Part shown: piece after piece, positions 44,154-53,759 of the stretch | Layout of the letters: each line of letters opens with the position of its first letter | How positions within the stretch are numbered: position 1 is the first letter of the stretch | Source: Candidatus Acidiferrales bacterium | Lineage (GTDB): Bacteria > Bacteroidota > Ignavibacteria > Kryptoniales > JAKASW01 | Assembly (NCBI GenBank): GCA_035515795.1 | Contig: DATJAY010000039.1 | Location: forward strand, 142,964 to 206,963 | Direction: 5' to 3' | DNA length: 64,000 bases | Program-made: the position numbers and the translations under genes | Notes under the pieces: generated by a model | What the model saw: only the letters and a program-made list of their open reading frames with translations | Databases searched by the model: none | What the model was told of the DNA's origin: nothing

Positions 44154-45034
44154 TAAGACCGCTACGTCCTTTTTCCTTGGTCGGACCAGGAAGGGTGGGG
44201 TCCAGTTTGGCAATGGCGCTTGAGGGAAAGGGGTGGGAATGCAGGCACATTCTCCCAAAAGACAGGAGTGAATCGCAACGCAGGAAATTAAGCTCAGTAT
44301 TTCCTGCTGCAGACATCGTAGAACGTGCATCGTCTCTGGCCGACGATTTTGAAATTCTGTTTATAGCCGTACAGGACGATGAGATCGAGAATGTGGTTGA
44401 CGGACTCTTGGCTGTAAATAATATCTCCTGGAAATCAAAAGTTGTGCTCCACACGAGCGGTGTCAAAAGCGTTGGGCTCCTTCAGCCGCTCAGGGGCCGT
44501 GGTGCATCGGTCGGCGCGCTTCACCCGATTGCGGCATTTGCAAATCGGTATCAACCGCGGTCGGCAAGTGAAATCTATTATGATTTTTTCGGTGATAAGA
44601 AAGCTCAATCAGTTGCACGACGGATTGCAGGGTTGTTAAACTCAAAGTTAATCATACTAAAGAACGAAAGACAAAGAATGCTGCTCCATATTGCTAGTGC
44701 GATTGCTTCCAACTCGACCGTCGTTGCCATTAGGAGCGCGGAAGAACTCGTATCCGGTTTTATCCATCCCCGGGACGCGAAGGCGTTGATGACAGCGCTG
44801 CTGTCATCAACGGTCAGTAATTTATCCGAAAACGAAGGGATGAAGTCTCTGACAGGTCCGTTGGCGCGGGCGGATATCGAAGTGATCTCGGATCACATAA
44901 AGGCGCTTGAAAGCAAGAAAACGCTGTTGCAGTTTTATAAGTCATGGTCGCTGCTCGGAATTGACTCGCTTCTTAGAGACGGGCATGACAGGAAATCTCG
45001 CTTGAAAAAAATAAAAGATATTTTGTCCCGGTAG
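44150..45034 (+). CDS. Rossmann-fold / DUF2520 domain protein (ProC/F420-oxidoreductase-like)
   Basis: 294 aa. FSLVGPGRVGSSLAMAL dinucleotide-binding loop and a C-terminal DUF2520-like helical half. ATGA overlap with the amrB stop. Confidence 0.75.
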   Translation: MIRPLRPFSLVGPGRVGSSLAMALEGKGWECRHILPKDRSESQRRKLSSVFPAADIVERASSLADDFEILFIAVQDDEIENVVDGLLAVNNISWKSKVVLHTSGVKSVGLLQPLRGRGASVGALHPIAAFANRYQPRSASEIYYDFFGDKKAQSVARRIAGLLNSKLIILKNERQRMLLHIASAIASNSTVVAIRSAEELVSGFIHPRDAKALMTALLSSTVSNLSENEGMKSLTGPLARADIEVISDHIKALESKKTLLQFYKSWSLLGIDSLLRDGHDRKSRLKKIKDILSR

Positions 45035-45060
45035 CCGGGGCTCTCTCAGAGGAGGAAAAA

Positions 45061-46137
45061 GTGAAATTCAAAGCATTGATCGCAAGTGGAGGAAGAGGAA
45101 CGCGGCTTCGACCGATAACTCACACACAGAATAAACACCTCATTCCAATTGCGAACAAACCGATACTGCATTACGCCATAGAAGCGGCGTTGTCGGCAGG
45201 AATAACCGAGATCGGGATCGTCACGAATGCGGACAGCAGCGAGGTCCCTCGTGCCATCGGCGATGGTTCGAAATGGGGAGCCAGGATAACCTACATTCCC
45301 CAGGAAGCACCTCTTGGACTTGCTCACGTCGTGAAAATCTCTCGAGACTTCATCGGTACCGACAATTTCATTTTCTATCTCGGCGACAACATGGTGGTGG
45401 GCGGAGTGAAGCGATACCTTGAAGAATTTGAGAAGAGCAAGGCGAATTGCTTTCTCACCCTTGCGAAAGTCAAAGACCCAGAAAGGTTCGGAGTTCCGCA
45501 GATAAAAAATAGAATGATCGTGAGAGTCGAAGAGAAGCCGAAGCGTCCGAAGAGCAGTTATGCCGTGGCAGGAATTTATATTTATGATCGGCACATTTTC
45601 GATGCCGTGAATAAAATAAAGCCGAGTGCGCGCGGGGAATTAGAAATATCGGATGCACATCAATATTTAATCGACCATGGTTACAAGGTCGGGTACGCTG
45701 AGATAACAGGATGGTGGAAGGACACGGGTAAGCCGGCCGATCTCCTCGAAGCCAACAGACTTGTACTTGAGAACAGCGAGCCGTCTATCGAAGCGGGCGT
45801 AGAAGTAGACTCACACAGCGACATCGCCGGAAGAGTGATTTTGCAGAAAGGATGCAAGATTTCAGGGAGCAAAATTCGAGGACCTGTAATCATTGGCGAA
45901 AATGCCGTTATTGAAAATAGTTATATCGGTCCTTTTACCTCTGTAGGAGCGCGCTCCCAGGTAAAGAACAGCGAAGTGGAGTATAGCATAGTTCTGAAGG
46001 AGTGCAAGATTTTGGATGCCGGCATGCGCATCGAGGGGAGTCTTCTCGGAAACGGTGTGGAGATCGTCAGGGCTGACGGCAAACCGCGCGTGCAGCGCTT
46101 CATGATCGGTGATCAGAGCAGGGTGGAAGTACCGTGA
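45061..46137 (+). CDS. Glucose-1-phosphate thymidylyltransferase-like sugar nucleotidyltransferase (long form with left-handed beta-helix tail)
   Basis: 358 aa, GTG start. ALIASGGRGTRLRPITHTQNKHLIPIANKPIL and a hexapeptide-repeat C-terminus. Confidence 0.85.
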   Translation: MKFKALIASGGRGTRLRPITHTQNKHLIPIANKPILHYAIEAALSAGITEIGIVTNADSSEVPRAIGDGSKWGARITYIPQEAPLGLAHVVKISRDFIGTDNFIFYLGDNMVVGGVKRYLEEFEKSKANCFLTLAKVKDPERFGVPQIKNRMIVRVEEKPKRPKSSYAVAGIYIYDRHIFDAVNKIKPSARGELEISDAHQYLIDHGYKVGYAEITGWWKDTGKPADLLEANRLVLENSEPSIEAGVEVDSHSDIAGRVILQKGCKISGSKIRGPVIIGENAVIENSYIGPFTSVGARSQVKNSEVEYSIVLKECKILDAGMRIEGSLLGNGVEIVRADGKPRVQRFMIGDQSRVEVP

Positions 46138-46330
46138 AGTTCTTGGCTGTGCCGTCTGGGGTCTTCCTGACGAATAGGGATTTACGAGTTTATCTCGTTT
46201 AGACAGATACTCAAGCATAGTTCGTAACTGTGAAATGCTTCAGGATATACCCCCTTTTCTGTCATTCGATGTGACGGCGATATCAATCACTCTTTCATAA
46301 CCCAAGTATTTTCTTTAAATTATTTCTATT

Positions 46331-47437
46331 ATGGAGAGCAAGGTCAACAAGCCCCGCGTTATCGCAGCCATGAGTGGAGGAGTAGACTCTTCACTTGCCG
46401 CGGTTCTCATGATGGAACAAGGATACGACGTCATAGGCGTGACGATCAAAACGTATAACTATGAGGATGTGGGAGGAAACAGCGATTCCACCTGCTGCTC
46501 GATTGACGGAATCAATATGGCAAGGAGCATCGCGGAGAAATTTGGTTTCCCTCATTATGTTTTCGATTTCAGCGAGAGGTTTAGAAAGGAAGTTATCGAC
46601 GGCTTTGTCGAAGAATATCTTTCCGGGAGAACCCCGAACCCTTGCGTCGTCTGCAATCAAAAAATCAAATGGGCGTATCTTATCGAGAAAGCAACCAGCC
46701 TCTGCGCCGACTACATTTGCACCGGCCATTATGCAAAAGTTCGATTTGATAAAGGCGCACGTAGATTCGTCATATCGAAAGGCAGCGATGCTGCGAAAGA
46801 CCAATCCTATGCCCTCTACGGAATTAGCCAGGACAACTTGAGCAAAACAATTTTTCCGCTGGCCGGGCTCACCAAACCTCAGGTTCGCGAACTCGCATTG
46901 AAGTACGGATTGGCAAGTTATAACAAACCCGAGAGCTATGAAATATGCTTCGTCTCAGATAACAACTACATGCGATTTCTGAAGGAAGTGGTTCCGGGAT
47001 TAGAAACCCGTATCTCCAACGGCGAAATTCTTTTCGAAGGGAAGCCGATCGGGAAACATCATGGGTATCCTTTTTACACGATCGGGCAGAGAAAGGGACT
47101 CGGCATTAGTCACAGTGAAGCATTGTACGTCAGGAATATCGATGCGAAAACCAACACAATCGAAGTGGATATTGACGAGAGACTGTTTGCAAGAAGACTC
47201 GTCGCCAATCACATAAATTTTGTGAAATACCCGGCATTGAGCGACGGGAAAATATATAACGGGAAAATCAGATATAAAGATAACGGAGCCGATTGCATTG
47301 CAAAACAGACTGACAATGACGAAATTACAGTTGAATTCACAAATCCTCGGAGGGCAATGACACCCGGGCAAAGTGTAGTACTTTACGAAGATGAAGATGT
47401 GGTAGCAGGTGGAATTATATTGAAAGTGTTAGGCTAA
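46331..47437 (+). CDS. mnmA: tRNA 2-thiouridine(34) synthase MnmA
   Basis: 368 aa. PP-loop AMSGGVDSS, NPCVVCNQKIKW, TGHYA and DQSYAL. Confidence 0.93.
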   Translation: MESKVNKPRVIAAMSGGVDSSLAAVLMMEQGYDVIGVTIKTYNYEDVGGNSDSTCCSIDGINMARSIAEKFGFPHYVFDFSERFRKEVIDGFVEEYLSGRTPNPCVVCNQKIKWAYLIEKATSLCADYICTGHYAKVRFDKGARRFVISKGSDAAKDQSYALYGISQDNLSKTIFPLAGLTKPQVRELALKYGLASYNKPESYEICFVSDNNYMRFLKEVVPGLETRISNGEILFEGKPIGKHHGYPFYTIGQRKGLGISHSEALYVRNIDAKTNTIEVDIDERLFARRLVANHINFVKYPALSDGKIYNGKIRYKDNGADCIAKQTDNDEITVEFTNPRRAMTPGQSVVLYEDEDVVAGGIILKVLG

Positions 47438-47438
47438 A

Positions 47439-47846
47439 ATGGCAAAGTATTCGATCCTAATCGCCGATGATGACGATTCGCAGCGCAACGTTCAAAAGTT
47501 GATCTTGGATGAAGTTGCGAAAGCTCTGAAGTCGGAATTCAAAATCGACGAGGCAGCGGACAGTCTTGAGACGAGAAGATGTCTTAGCACAAATGTTTAC
47601 GACCTGATCATACTTGACAACGAATTCATGGATGATCTAAAGCCGGGACATTTGCCGGGGATCGCTATTCTGCAGCTCATGAGAAAAGCGGGGCCTAACA
47701 TGGGGTCGCCCACCGTTTTTTGTACGGCAGATCCGTACAACACGCTAAGGCCGATGGTGGAAAAGTATGGCGCCATTTATTATCCAAAAGCAAAAGCGGA
47801 CGCGGAAGAGATGACTCGAATGTACTCGAAACTGTTGCTGGAGTAA
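47439..47846 (+). CDS. Stand-alone response-regulator receiver domain
   Basis: 135 aa. ILIADDDDSQ acidic pocket, LIILDNEF phospho-acceptor Asp region, no output domain. Starts 1 nt after the mnmA stop. Confidence 0.8.
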   Translation: MAKYSILIADDDDSQRNVQKLILDEVAKALKSEFKIDEAADSLETRRCLSTNVYDLIILDNEFMDDLKPGHLPGIAILQLMRKAGPNMGSPTVFCTADPYNTLRPMVEKYGAIYYPKAKADAEEMTRMYSKLLLE

Positions 47847-47847
47847 T

Positions 47848-48537
47848 CTACTTTTCCAGGACCACGACGATGTGATCCGATTTATCGAGGAATTTTGTCA
47901 GAGGGTAGTCGATTGATCTCCATATCCAGAGCGGTAGCTTGTAAAACAAGCGGGGTGCCCGCAGAAGCACAAGAAGTTTGCTTCCGAAAAGGTAGGATCT
48001 TTTCTCAACGTCGGGGAAGAATGAAAGCAATGTCTTTCTATCAAACGTGTGAAGGTGGGCATTGACCGGCGTAGCCTGGTTGCAGTGAATGCAAAGCGTG
48101 TAGCGTAGCCTTTCTCTGTAGGGGGTGGATACGATTGCCTTACCTCCTTTTCCCAGGACTCTCCATATTTCCTCTGCGGCGGATCCGGGTGAGTTGAGGT
48201 GTTCCATGATCTCGGACGCTATCACCAGACTCAAGCTTCCCGTTTTGAACGGAAGGAGGCAGGCGTCCGCCAAAACTGCGCCGCTTGAATTTGGCCTCAA
48301 GACCTGCAGATTCTTATGAGAAAGGTCTACGAAGAAAATTTGTTCGTGAGCAATCTCTCCTGTCCATCCGCTCCCGCTTCCTACGTCTAGTATGCTGTTT
48401 GTTTTTCCTGCGAGCCTTTTAATGAACTTCCTGAAGATTACTTCGTACGCACGGCCTGTTTCATCGAGGTTGTTAAAATAGTCGAAAAGTTCAGCATCGG
48501 CTTCGTAGTGCGCGATATGGTCGGAGCAGCGATTCAC
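47848..48537 (-). CDS. Class I SAM-dependent methyltransferase
   Basis: 229 aa. Motif I ILDVGSGSG, and VIASEIMEHL (Methyltransf_11-like) with a CIHCNQ insertion. GTGA overlap with the macro gene stop. Confidence 0.8.
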   Translation of the reverse strand: MNRCSDHIAHYEADAELFDYFNNLDETGRAYEVIFRKFIKRLAGKTNSILDVGSGSGWTGEIAHEQIFFVDLSHKNLQVLRPNSSGAVLADACLLPFKTGSLSLVIASEIMEHLNSPGSAAEEIWRVLGKGGKAIVSTPYRERLRYTLCIHCNQATPVNAHLHTFDRKTLLSFFPDVEKRSYLFGSKLLVLLRAPRLFYKLPLWIWRSIDYPLTKFLDKSDHIVVVLEK

Positions 48538-49082
48538 TTCTCTTTGCCTGGATCCCTTCGAGACAGGTCCTGAATTTCATTTGAGAAACTTTCGTAAGCT
48601 TCATGGTCGTACAAAACGAAAGTGATCGCCTCCAGATGTTTTGCCTTCATAAGAAAAACAGCAGCTTCTTTAGTCATTATTTTTGCGGCCTCGGAAAGCG
48701 GAAAACCTCCGACACCTGTTCCCAGGGCGGGAAAGGCTAACGATATGATTCCGTTCGACTCGGCAAGTTCTAATGCTGACCTGGTTGCAGATGCGATCTT
48801 GGAGGAGTCGGTCTGCAAATCCTGTCCCATGACCGCTGCATGAATCACGTATTTTGCATTCAACGCACCGGCACCCGTCATCACCGCTCGTCCGACAGGT
48901 TTCGGACCCTGTCGCATCGCTTCCTGCTCTATGACAGCTCCACCTTTCTGTTTGATCGCCCCAGCGACGCCGCCTCCCATCCAGAAATAGTTGTTGGCGG
49001 CATTCACGACCGCGTCCCCTTCATAATCGGTTATATCTCCCTGAATTGCCTCGAGTATCTTTCCGTCGATCTCTACTCTCAT
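48534..49082 (-). CDS. Macro domain protein (ADP-ribose binding / O-acetyl-ADP-ribose deacetylase-like)
   Basis: Motifs GDITDYEGDAVVNAANN, GGGVAGAI, VIHAA and FPALGTGVGG. ATG 49082 lies 2 nt after the kinase stop. The track start TTG 49088 would overlap it by 4 nt. Confidence 0.88.
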   Translation of the reverse strand: MRVEIDGKILEAIQGDITDYEGDAVVNAANNYFWMGGGVAGAIKQKGGAVIEQEAMRQGPKPVGRAVMTGAGALNAKYVIHAAVMGQDLQTDSSKIASATRSALELAESNGIISLAFPALGTGVGGFPLSEAAKIMTKEAAVFLMKAKHLEAITFVLYDHEAYESFSNEIQDLSRRDPGKEK

Positions 49083-49084
49083 CT

Positions 49085-50695
49085 TCAATTCGGCTGGATC
49101 AATGGAAGCCTGATGGTCATCTTCGTTCCAATGCCGATCCGACTTTCTATCTTGATCTCTCCGTGATGGTCGTCGATAATTTTTTTGACGATCGCCATTC
49201 CCAGTCCTGTCCCGTGCTTTTTTCCGTACGTGACGAAGGGTTCAAATATTGTCTTTCGAATTTCTTCCGGCATTCCGCTGCCCGTGTCCTGCAATTCGAT
49301 TACGAGGCAATCTGCATCTGAGCGAGAGCGCACCGAGAAACTTCCGCCGTCGGGCATCGCGTCAGCTGCATTGCCGGCAATATTCAAGATGACGCGCGTC
49401 ATTTTATCGGGATCGATCTCGATGTCGCCGGCATAAGAGCTTTCGTTCACCAGATTGATTTTTCTATATTCGAAATCACTTTTCAAAAACCATAGTACCC
49501 CCTTGAGAAAGTCGTTGAACTTCACGCGCTGTATGTTCATTTGAGAGACGCCCCGCGAAAAATCGAGCACCTCCTGTGCCATCTTGACGAGCCGGTCTAT
49601 CTGAGTTGTTATCTCGTCCACGAGATTTGCCGACTCTTCGTCATGTGCTTTTTTCTTAAGGACTTGTGCGTAGAGCTTAATCGCCGACATCGGGTTTTTT
49701 ATATCGTGGATTACCGAACCTGCCATTTTTCCGACGGCTGACAGACGTTCGGCTTTCACCATTTCCGAGGCAAGACGTGAATTCTCAATTGCAATGGAGG
49801 CGTGAATAGAAAAAGCCTTCAAAAATCTTTCATCGTCGGTGTCAAATTCTTCGCCCCGCTTGTTGAGAAGCTGGAAGACGCCGATGATCTTGTTATCCCT
49901 GTTCCGCATAGGAACGCACAGCATGTTTGTTGTCTTGAACCCTGTGCGTCTGTCAAATTCGGGGTTGAATCGCAGATCGTTATAAGCATCTTTGATGCTT
50001 ACGGATTCTCCGGTTTCGGCGACATACCCCGAGATGCCTTTTCCGATCGGCTGGCGAACTTCACTTAGTTCTCCGCCGACCAAAATCTTCGACCATATCT
50101 CCTTGGCATTTTCATCTACGAGGTATATCGTGCCGCGCTCGGCTTCCGTTATTCGAATTGCCTCATCGAGTATCATCTGCAACACTTTATCAAGCTCGAG
50201 CGACGAGTTTACAGTCTGGGTCGCTTCGATGAGAGCGTTTAGTTTCGTGATTTCCTTTTTGGAGATTTGATGGTGAGATTCTATTTGCTTTTTCAGAGTG
50301 TTGTTGGATGCTGAAAGCCTGTCGGACAACGCTCTGGCCATGTTCCATGTTATTCTTGGGAATCTTTGCATCAGCGATAGAAAAGTTTTCTTACTGAATT
50401 GGAGAACAACCGAACTTTCTGCAGCGGTCACGGAAGCGCTCGCACGAAGCTCATTCTTTCCATCGGCAACTGAGCTTTCGCCGAAGAAGTCGCCGTTACC
50501 GAGTACGCAAATCATTTCCTCTTTTTCATCGATGAGTTTTGCTACCTGAACGCTGCCGGATTTCAGTACGTACAGCGATTGAACGATTTCACCTTCTTTG
50601 ATGACGGTCAGTCCGGCGTCCATTTTTTCTTCGCTCGCTGATGTTAATAGTTCCTTGACTTCAGCATCTTTTAGACCATCAAACAAAGAGTACAT
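49085..50695 (-). CDS. Sensor histidine kinase with N-terminal cNMP-binding and GAF domains (soluble)
   Basis: 536 aa. CAP_ED-like GDFFGESS...RSASV, a GAF region, H-box SVIHDIKNPMS, N/G boxes NIAGNAADAM, DTGSGMP and GTGLGMAI. No TM segments. Confidence 0.88.
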   Translation of the reverse strand: MYSLFDGLKDAEVKELLTSASEEKMDAGLTVIKEGEIVQSLYVLKSGSVQVAKLIDEKEEMICVLGNGDFFGESSVADGKNELRASASVTAAESSVVLQFSKKTFLSLMQRFPRITWNMARALSDRLSASNNTLKKQIESHHQISKKEITKLNALIEATQTVNSSLELDKVLQMILDEAIRITEAERGTIYLVDENAKEIWSKILVGGELSEVRQPIGKGISGYVAETGESVSIKDAYNDLRFNPEFDRRTGFKTTNMLCVPMRNRDNKIIGVFQLLNKRGEEFDTDDERFLKAFSIHASIAIENSRLASEMVKAERLSAVGKMAGSVIHDIKNPMSAIKLYAQVLKKKAHDEESANLVDEITTQIDRLVKMAQEVLDFSRGVSQMNIQRVKFNDFLKGVLWFLKSDFEYRKINLVNESSYAGDIEIDPDKMTRVILNIAGNAADAMPDGGSFSVRSRSDADCLVIELQDTGSGMPEEIRKTIFEPFVTYGKKHGTGLGMAIVKKIIDDHHGEIKIESRIGIGTKMTIRLPLIQPN

Positions 50696-50864
50696 GATTC
50701 GTCTTATTCTTGTGGTTGGTTTAATGTAAGTTAACTCAATGTGGATAGAATCGCAATCCTAGAACAGACGACGTTTTTCACTGATTGAGGAAAAACACAG
50801 CAGTATCCGCAATACCAGCCTTGATTTTGACTTTGGCAAGAGACTATTTTACCCTGTAAGCTCA

Positions 50865-52928
50865 GTGCAAACAAAATTTAAATTCCTTGTTTTTCTTATT
50901 GCCGCCTGTGCAACAGCGTACAGTGGCTGTTTCCTGTGGACCCCCGTAAAAGACGAATGGCAGGACTTCACCGCCTATTTCAACACTTATTATAACGGCG
51001 AACACGCCTTCGACGAAGCCATGCTCGATGTAAAAAGCTCTCTCAAAGAATACAATATCAGTCTACTGTCGGGTCAGCAGACAACTCCATTTGTCATCAG
51101 CTCGAATGCGAAACAGGATTTTGACATCGCAATCGAAAAGGCATCAAAGGTGCTCCAGTTTTATCCGAACTCCGGCTACACCGAAGACTGCCTCTTCATG
51201 ATCGGAATAGGCTATTATTATGAGGCCGATAATATCCGAGCGGGCAGAAAATTCATAGAAGAACAATCAAAGTATCCGGACAGCAGAAGGTTTTGCGAGG
51301 CGCAGATGTACTACGGCGAGATCGAAGTGAAAAATCGAAATTACCGAGATGGATATGACGACCTCCTGAAGGCCTTGGTACAAGCCGAAAAACAAGACAA
51401 TTCCGATGTCGCCGCCGGAACTGCGGGCGATCTTGCCGAATATTTTTTGATGCAGACGGACACGGTAACAGCGGCAGCATATCTGGACACCGCCGCCGCA
51501 TTTTCGAAGAACGACGAAGCTGCGGTCTATTCCTGTAAAGCAGGGGACCTCTTTGAGAGTCTCGGAAATCTTAAAGACGCGCGACGCGAATATGAAGCCG
51601 CATGGGGTGATGCGCGAGATATAAGACTCCGGTTTTATTCCAGGTACTTCCTGGCACGCGCCGAAAGACGCAACAAACAATTCTACTCTTCTCTGAGTGA
51701 CCTTAAATATCTCAGAAGCGACGACAAATATTTTCAATACTTTCCTTTGATCGAATATCAACGGACGGAAGCCCTTTACGATTCTGGAGAGGTTTCCTCA
51801 GCGTTCTCGGAGTTTCAGAGAATCGATACGGCTTATTCGGCAAGTGAAGCCGCTACCCGAAGTGCATTTAGATTGGCAAACATGTATCTCTACAAAGTCG
51901 GTGATTACCAGAATGCTTTGAAGTATTACCAGAAAGCCGCATCTCACGTTGCAGTCCCGGTAATTTCCGAAAGGTCACGACAAATGTCCACCACTTTGCA
52001 GGAATATTCGGTGGATGCCTACAAACTCCATCTTGCGGACAGCATGTACCAGCGGGCGTTGAGTGCCGCATCAAGGAACGACTCGACGATCAAGCATTCG
52101 CAGGACGAGATAGATACTTTGTATGAACATGCGGCTCTGGCTCAGCAGGTCCTGGGAGGTTTCTTCTTGTTCAGGCTCCAGTTTTCCGATTCAGCAATCA
52201 GCCATTACCTGGCAATTGTTTCGCAATTTTCAAAATCAAAAGTTTATCCGTCGGCATTGTATACGCTCGGTGAATACTATTTTTCATCGGGTGACACCGC
52301 AAATGCTAAGAATTACCTGATCAAGCTGATAAATGAACTCCCGGAATCCGGATATACGGTTTCGGCGAGATCCCTTCTTGGAATGGAGCAGACAGTTTTT
52401 GAGGACTCATCGCAAGCAGGTTACGACCGTGCCATGAATTTAGAAAATGGAAATTTTCATGATTCGGCCGTCGCCGTCTTGAAGGGATTGTTGAAAGGAA
52501 AGAAGTCTTCTCTCGCCCCGCAGATTCTTTACGCGATTGGGTGGATCTACGAAAATGATCTCAACGTCTCGGATTCTGCATTCGTTTATTACAAAAAGCT
52601 TGCGACCCAATATCCCGTAAGCGACTATAGTGCTAATGTGAATCCGACAATTGCAGGATATGAGCAGGCACAGCGTGACAGTGCTCTGGCGCGTAAACAT
52701 GTTGAGGATTCCATCGCCAATGTTTCCAAGTCAATCGCGAGTGATTCGGCAAAAGAAAGCGCTCTAACCCGGCCACACTTGAAGACCGCTTCGGAGGACT
52801 CGACAAATCAAAGGGGACGCACGATGGATGCGGGTCAGTTCCCAAAGCCTGATTCTCTCGAAGCGGTTCGTCCATCGAAACCGGTGACGGATTCGGTCGC
52901 ATTGCGTCGAAGACAGATCGGTAAATGA
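50865..52928 (+). CDS. Tetratricopeptide-repeat lipoprotein
   Basis: 687 aa, GTG start. Lipobox AYSGC, multiple TPR-like A..Y......G.Y..A units, Ser/Asp-rich C-terminal tail. Confidence 0.7.
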   Translation: MQTKFKFLVFLIAACATAYSGCFLWTPVKDEWQDFTAYFNTYYNGEHAFDEAMLDVKSSLKEYNISLLSGQQTTPFVISSNAKQDFDIAIEKASKVLQFYPNSGYTEDCLFMIGIGYYYEADNIRAGRKFIEEQSKYPDSRRFCEAQMYYGEIEVKNRNYRDGYDDLLKALVQAEKQDNSDVAAGTAGDLAEYFLMQTDTVTAAAYLDTAAAFSKNDEAAVYSCKAGDLFESLGNLKDARREYEAAWGDARDIRLRFYSRYFLARAERRNKQFYSSLSDLKYLRSDDKYFQYFPLIEYQRTEALYDSGEVSSAFSEFQRIDTAYSASEAATRSAFRLANMYLYKVGDYQNALKYYQKAASHVAVPVISERSRQMSTTLQEYSVDAYKLHLADSMYQRALSAASRNDSTIKHSQDEIDTLYEHAALAQQVLGGFFLFRLQFSDSAISHYLAIVSQFSKSKVYPSALYTLGEYYFSSGDTANAKNYLIKLINELPESGYTVSARSLLGMEQTVFEDSSQAGYDRAMNLENGNFHDSAVAVLKGLLKGKKSSLAPQILYAIGWIYENDLNVSDSAFVYYKKLATQYPVSDYSANVNPTIAGYEQAQRDSALARKHVEDSIANVSKSIASDSAKESALTRPHLKTASEDSTNQRGRTMDAGQFPKPDSLEAVRPSKPVTDSVALRRRQIGK

Positions 52929-52948
52929 AGGGAGCTTGAAAGACAAAT

Positions 52949-53752
52949 TTGTCTAAACAGATCTTGACCGGACCTGTCCGGCCGGAGCATGAAGTCCGTG
53001 CAATCGAAACAGCAACAGTCGTTAATAATCATGAGGTTGCCGAGGAGGTTTTCATTACAAAGTTTCATTCACCTGTAATTGCTCGATTAGTAAAAGCGGG
53101 GCAATTTGTGATGGTCTCTTTTCCCGGTTGTTTCGATCCACTTCTTGCAAGGGCCTTTTCCGTCAGTGATGTTCAAGGGAAAAACTTATCTCTATTTTAT
53201 TCCGCTGTCGGAAAGGGAACGAGGCGACTCTCCAAACTCAGGAAGGGGGATGCAGTGACAATAAACGGTCCTTTGGGAAATGGTTTCCCAAAGTTATCAA
53301 AAGGAGAAAGAGTCTACGTCGTTCTCGGAGGGTCCGGCGCTGCACTAGTCCCTATACTCTGCAGGTCGGCAAAGCGGTCCGGCGCCAAAATGACGGTTTT
53401 CTATGGTGCGAGGACAAAACGTCATCTGGTTGCTTTTAAGAATCATAAGATTCATCATGCGACCGACGATGGATCAAAAGGATATCATGGTACAGTGATA
53501 AATCTCCTCAGGGAGCATTTCGAGGAAGAAAGACCCGACAAAATTTTTGGATGCGGGCCAACACCGATGCTTGCTGCTTTACAGCGTGATTTCGATGGTG
53601 ATCTCCCCGTATACATCTCTGTTGAAACACCGATGGCTTGCGGAATGGGATTCTGCCAGGGATGTCCTGTAAAAATCTATGACGGCCGGGGTTATTTTCT
53701 CGCGTGCAAAGACGGACCGGTTTTCAATGCTAAGGAAATTGAGCTGGAATGA
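52949..53752 (+). CDS. pyrK: Dihydroorotate dehydrogenase (class 1B) electron-transfer subunit
   Basis: 267 aa. FAD/NAD-binding RAFSV and GPLGNGF, C-terminal 2Fe-2S motif MACGMGFCQGCPV...C. TTG start. Confidence 0.88.
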   Translation: MSKQILTGPVRPEHEVRAIETATVVNNHEVAEEVFITKFHSPVIARLVKAGQFVMVSFPGCFDPLLARAFSVSDVQGKNLSLFYSAVGKGTRRLSKLRKGDAVTINGPLGNGFPKLSKGERVYVVLGGSGAALVPILCRSAKRSGAKMTVFYGARTKRHLVAFKNHKIHHATDDGSKGYHGTVINLLREHFEEERPDKIFGCGPTPMLAALQRDFDGDLPVYISVETPMACGMGFCQGCPVKIYDGRGYFLACKDGPVFNAKEIELE

Positions 53753-53759
53753 TTTTTAG

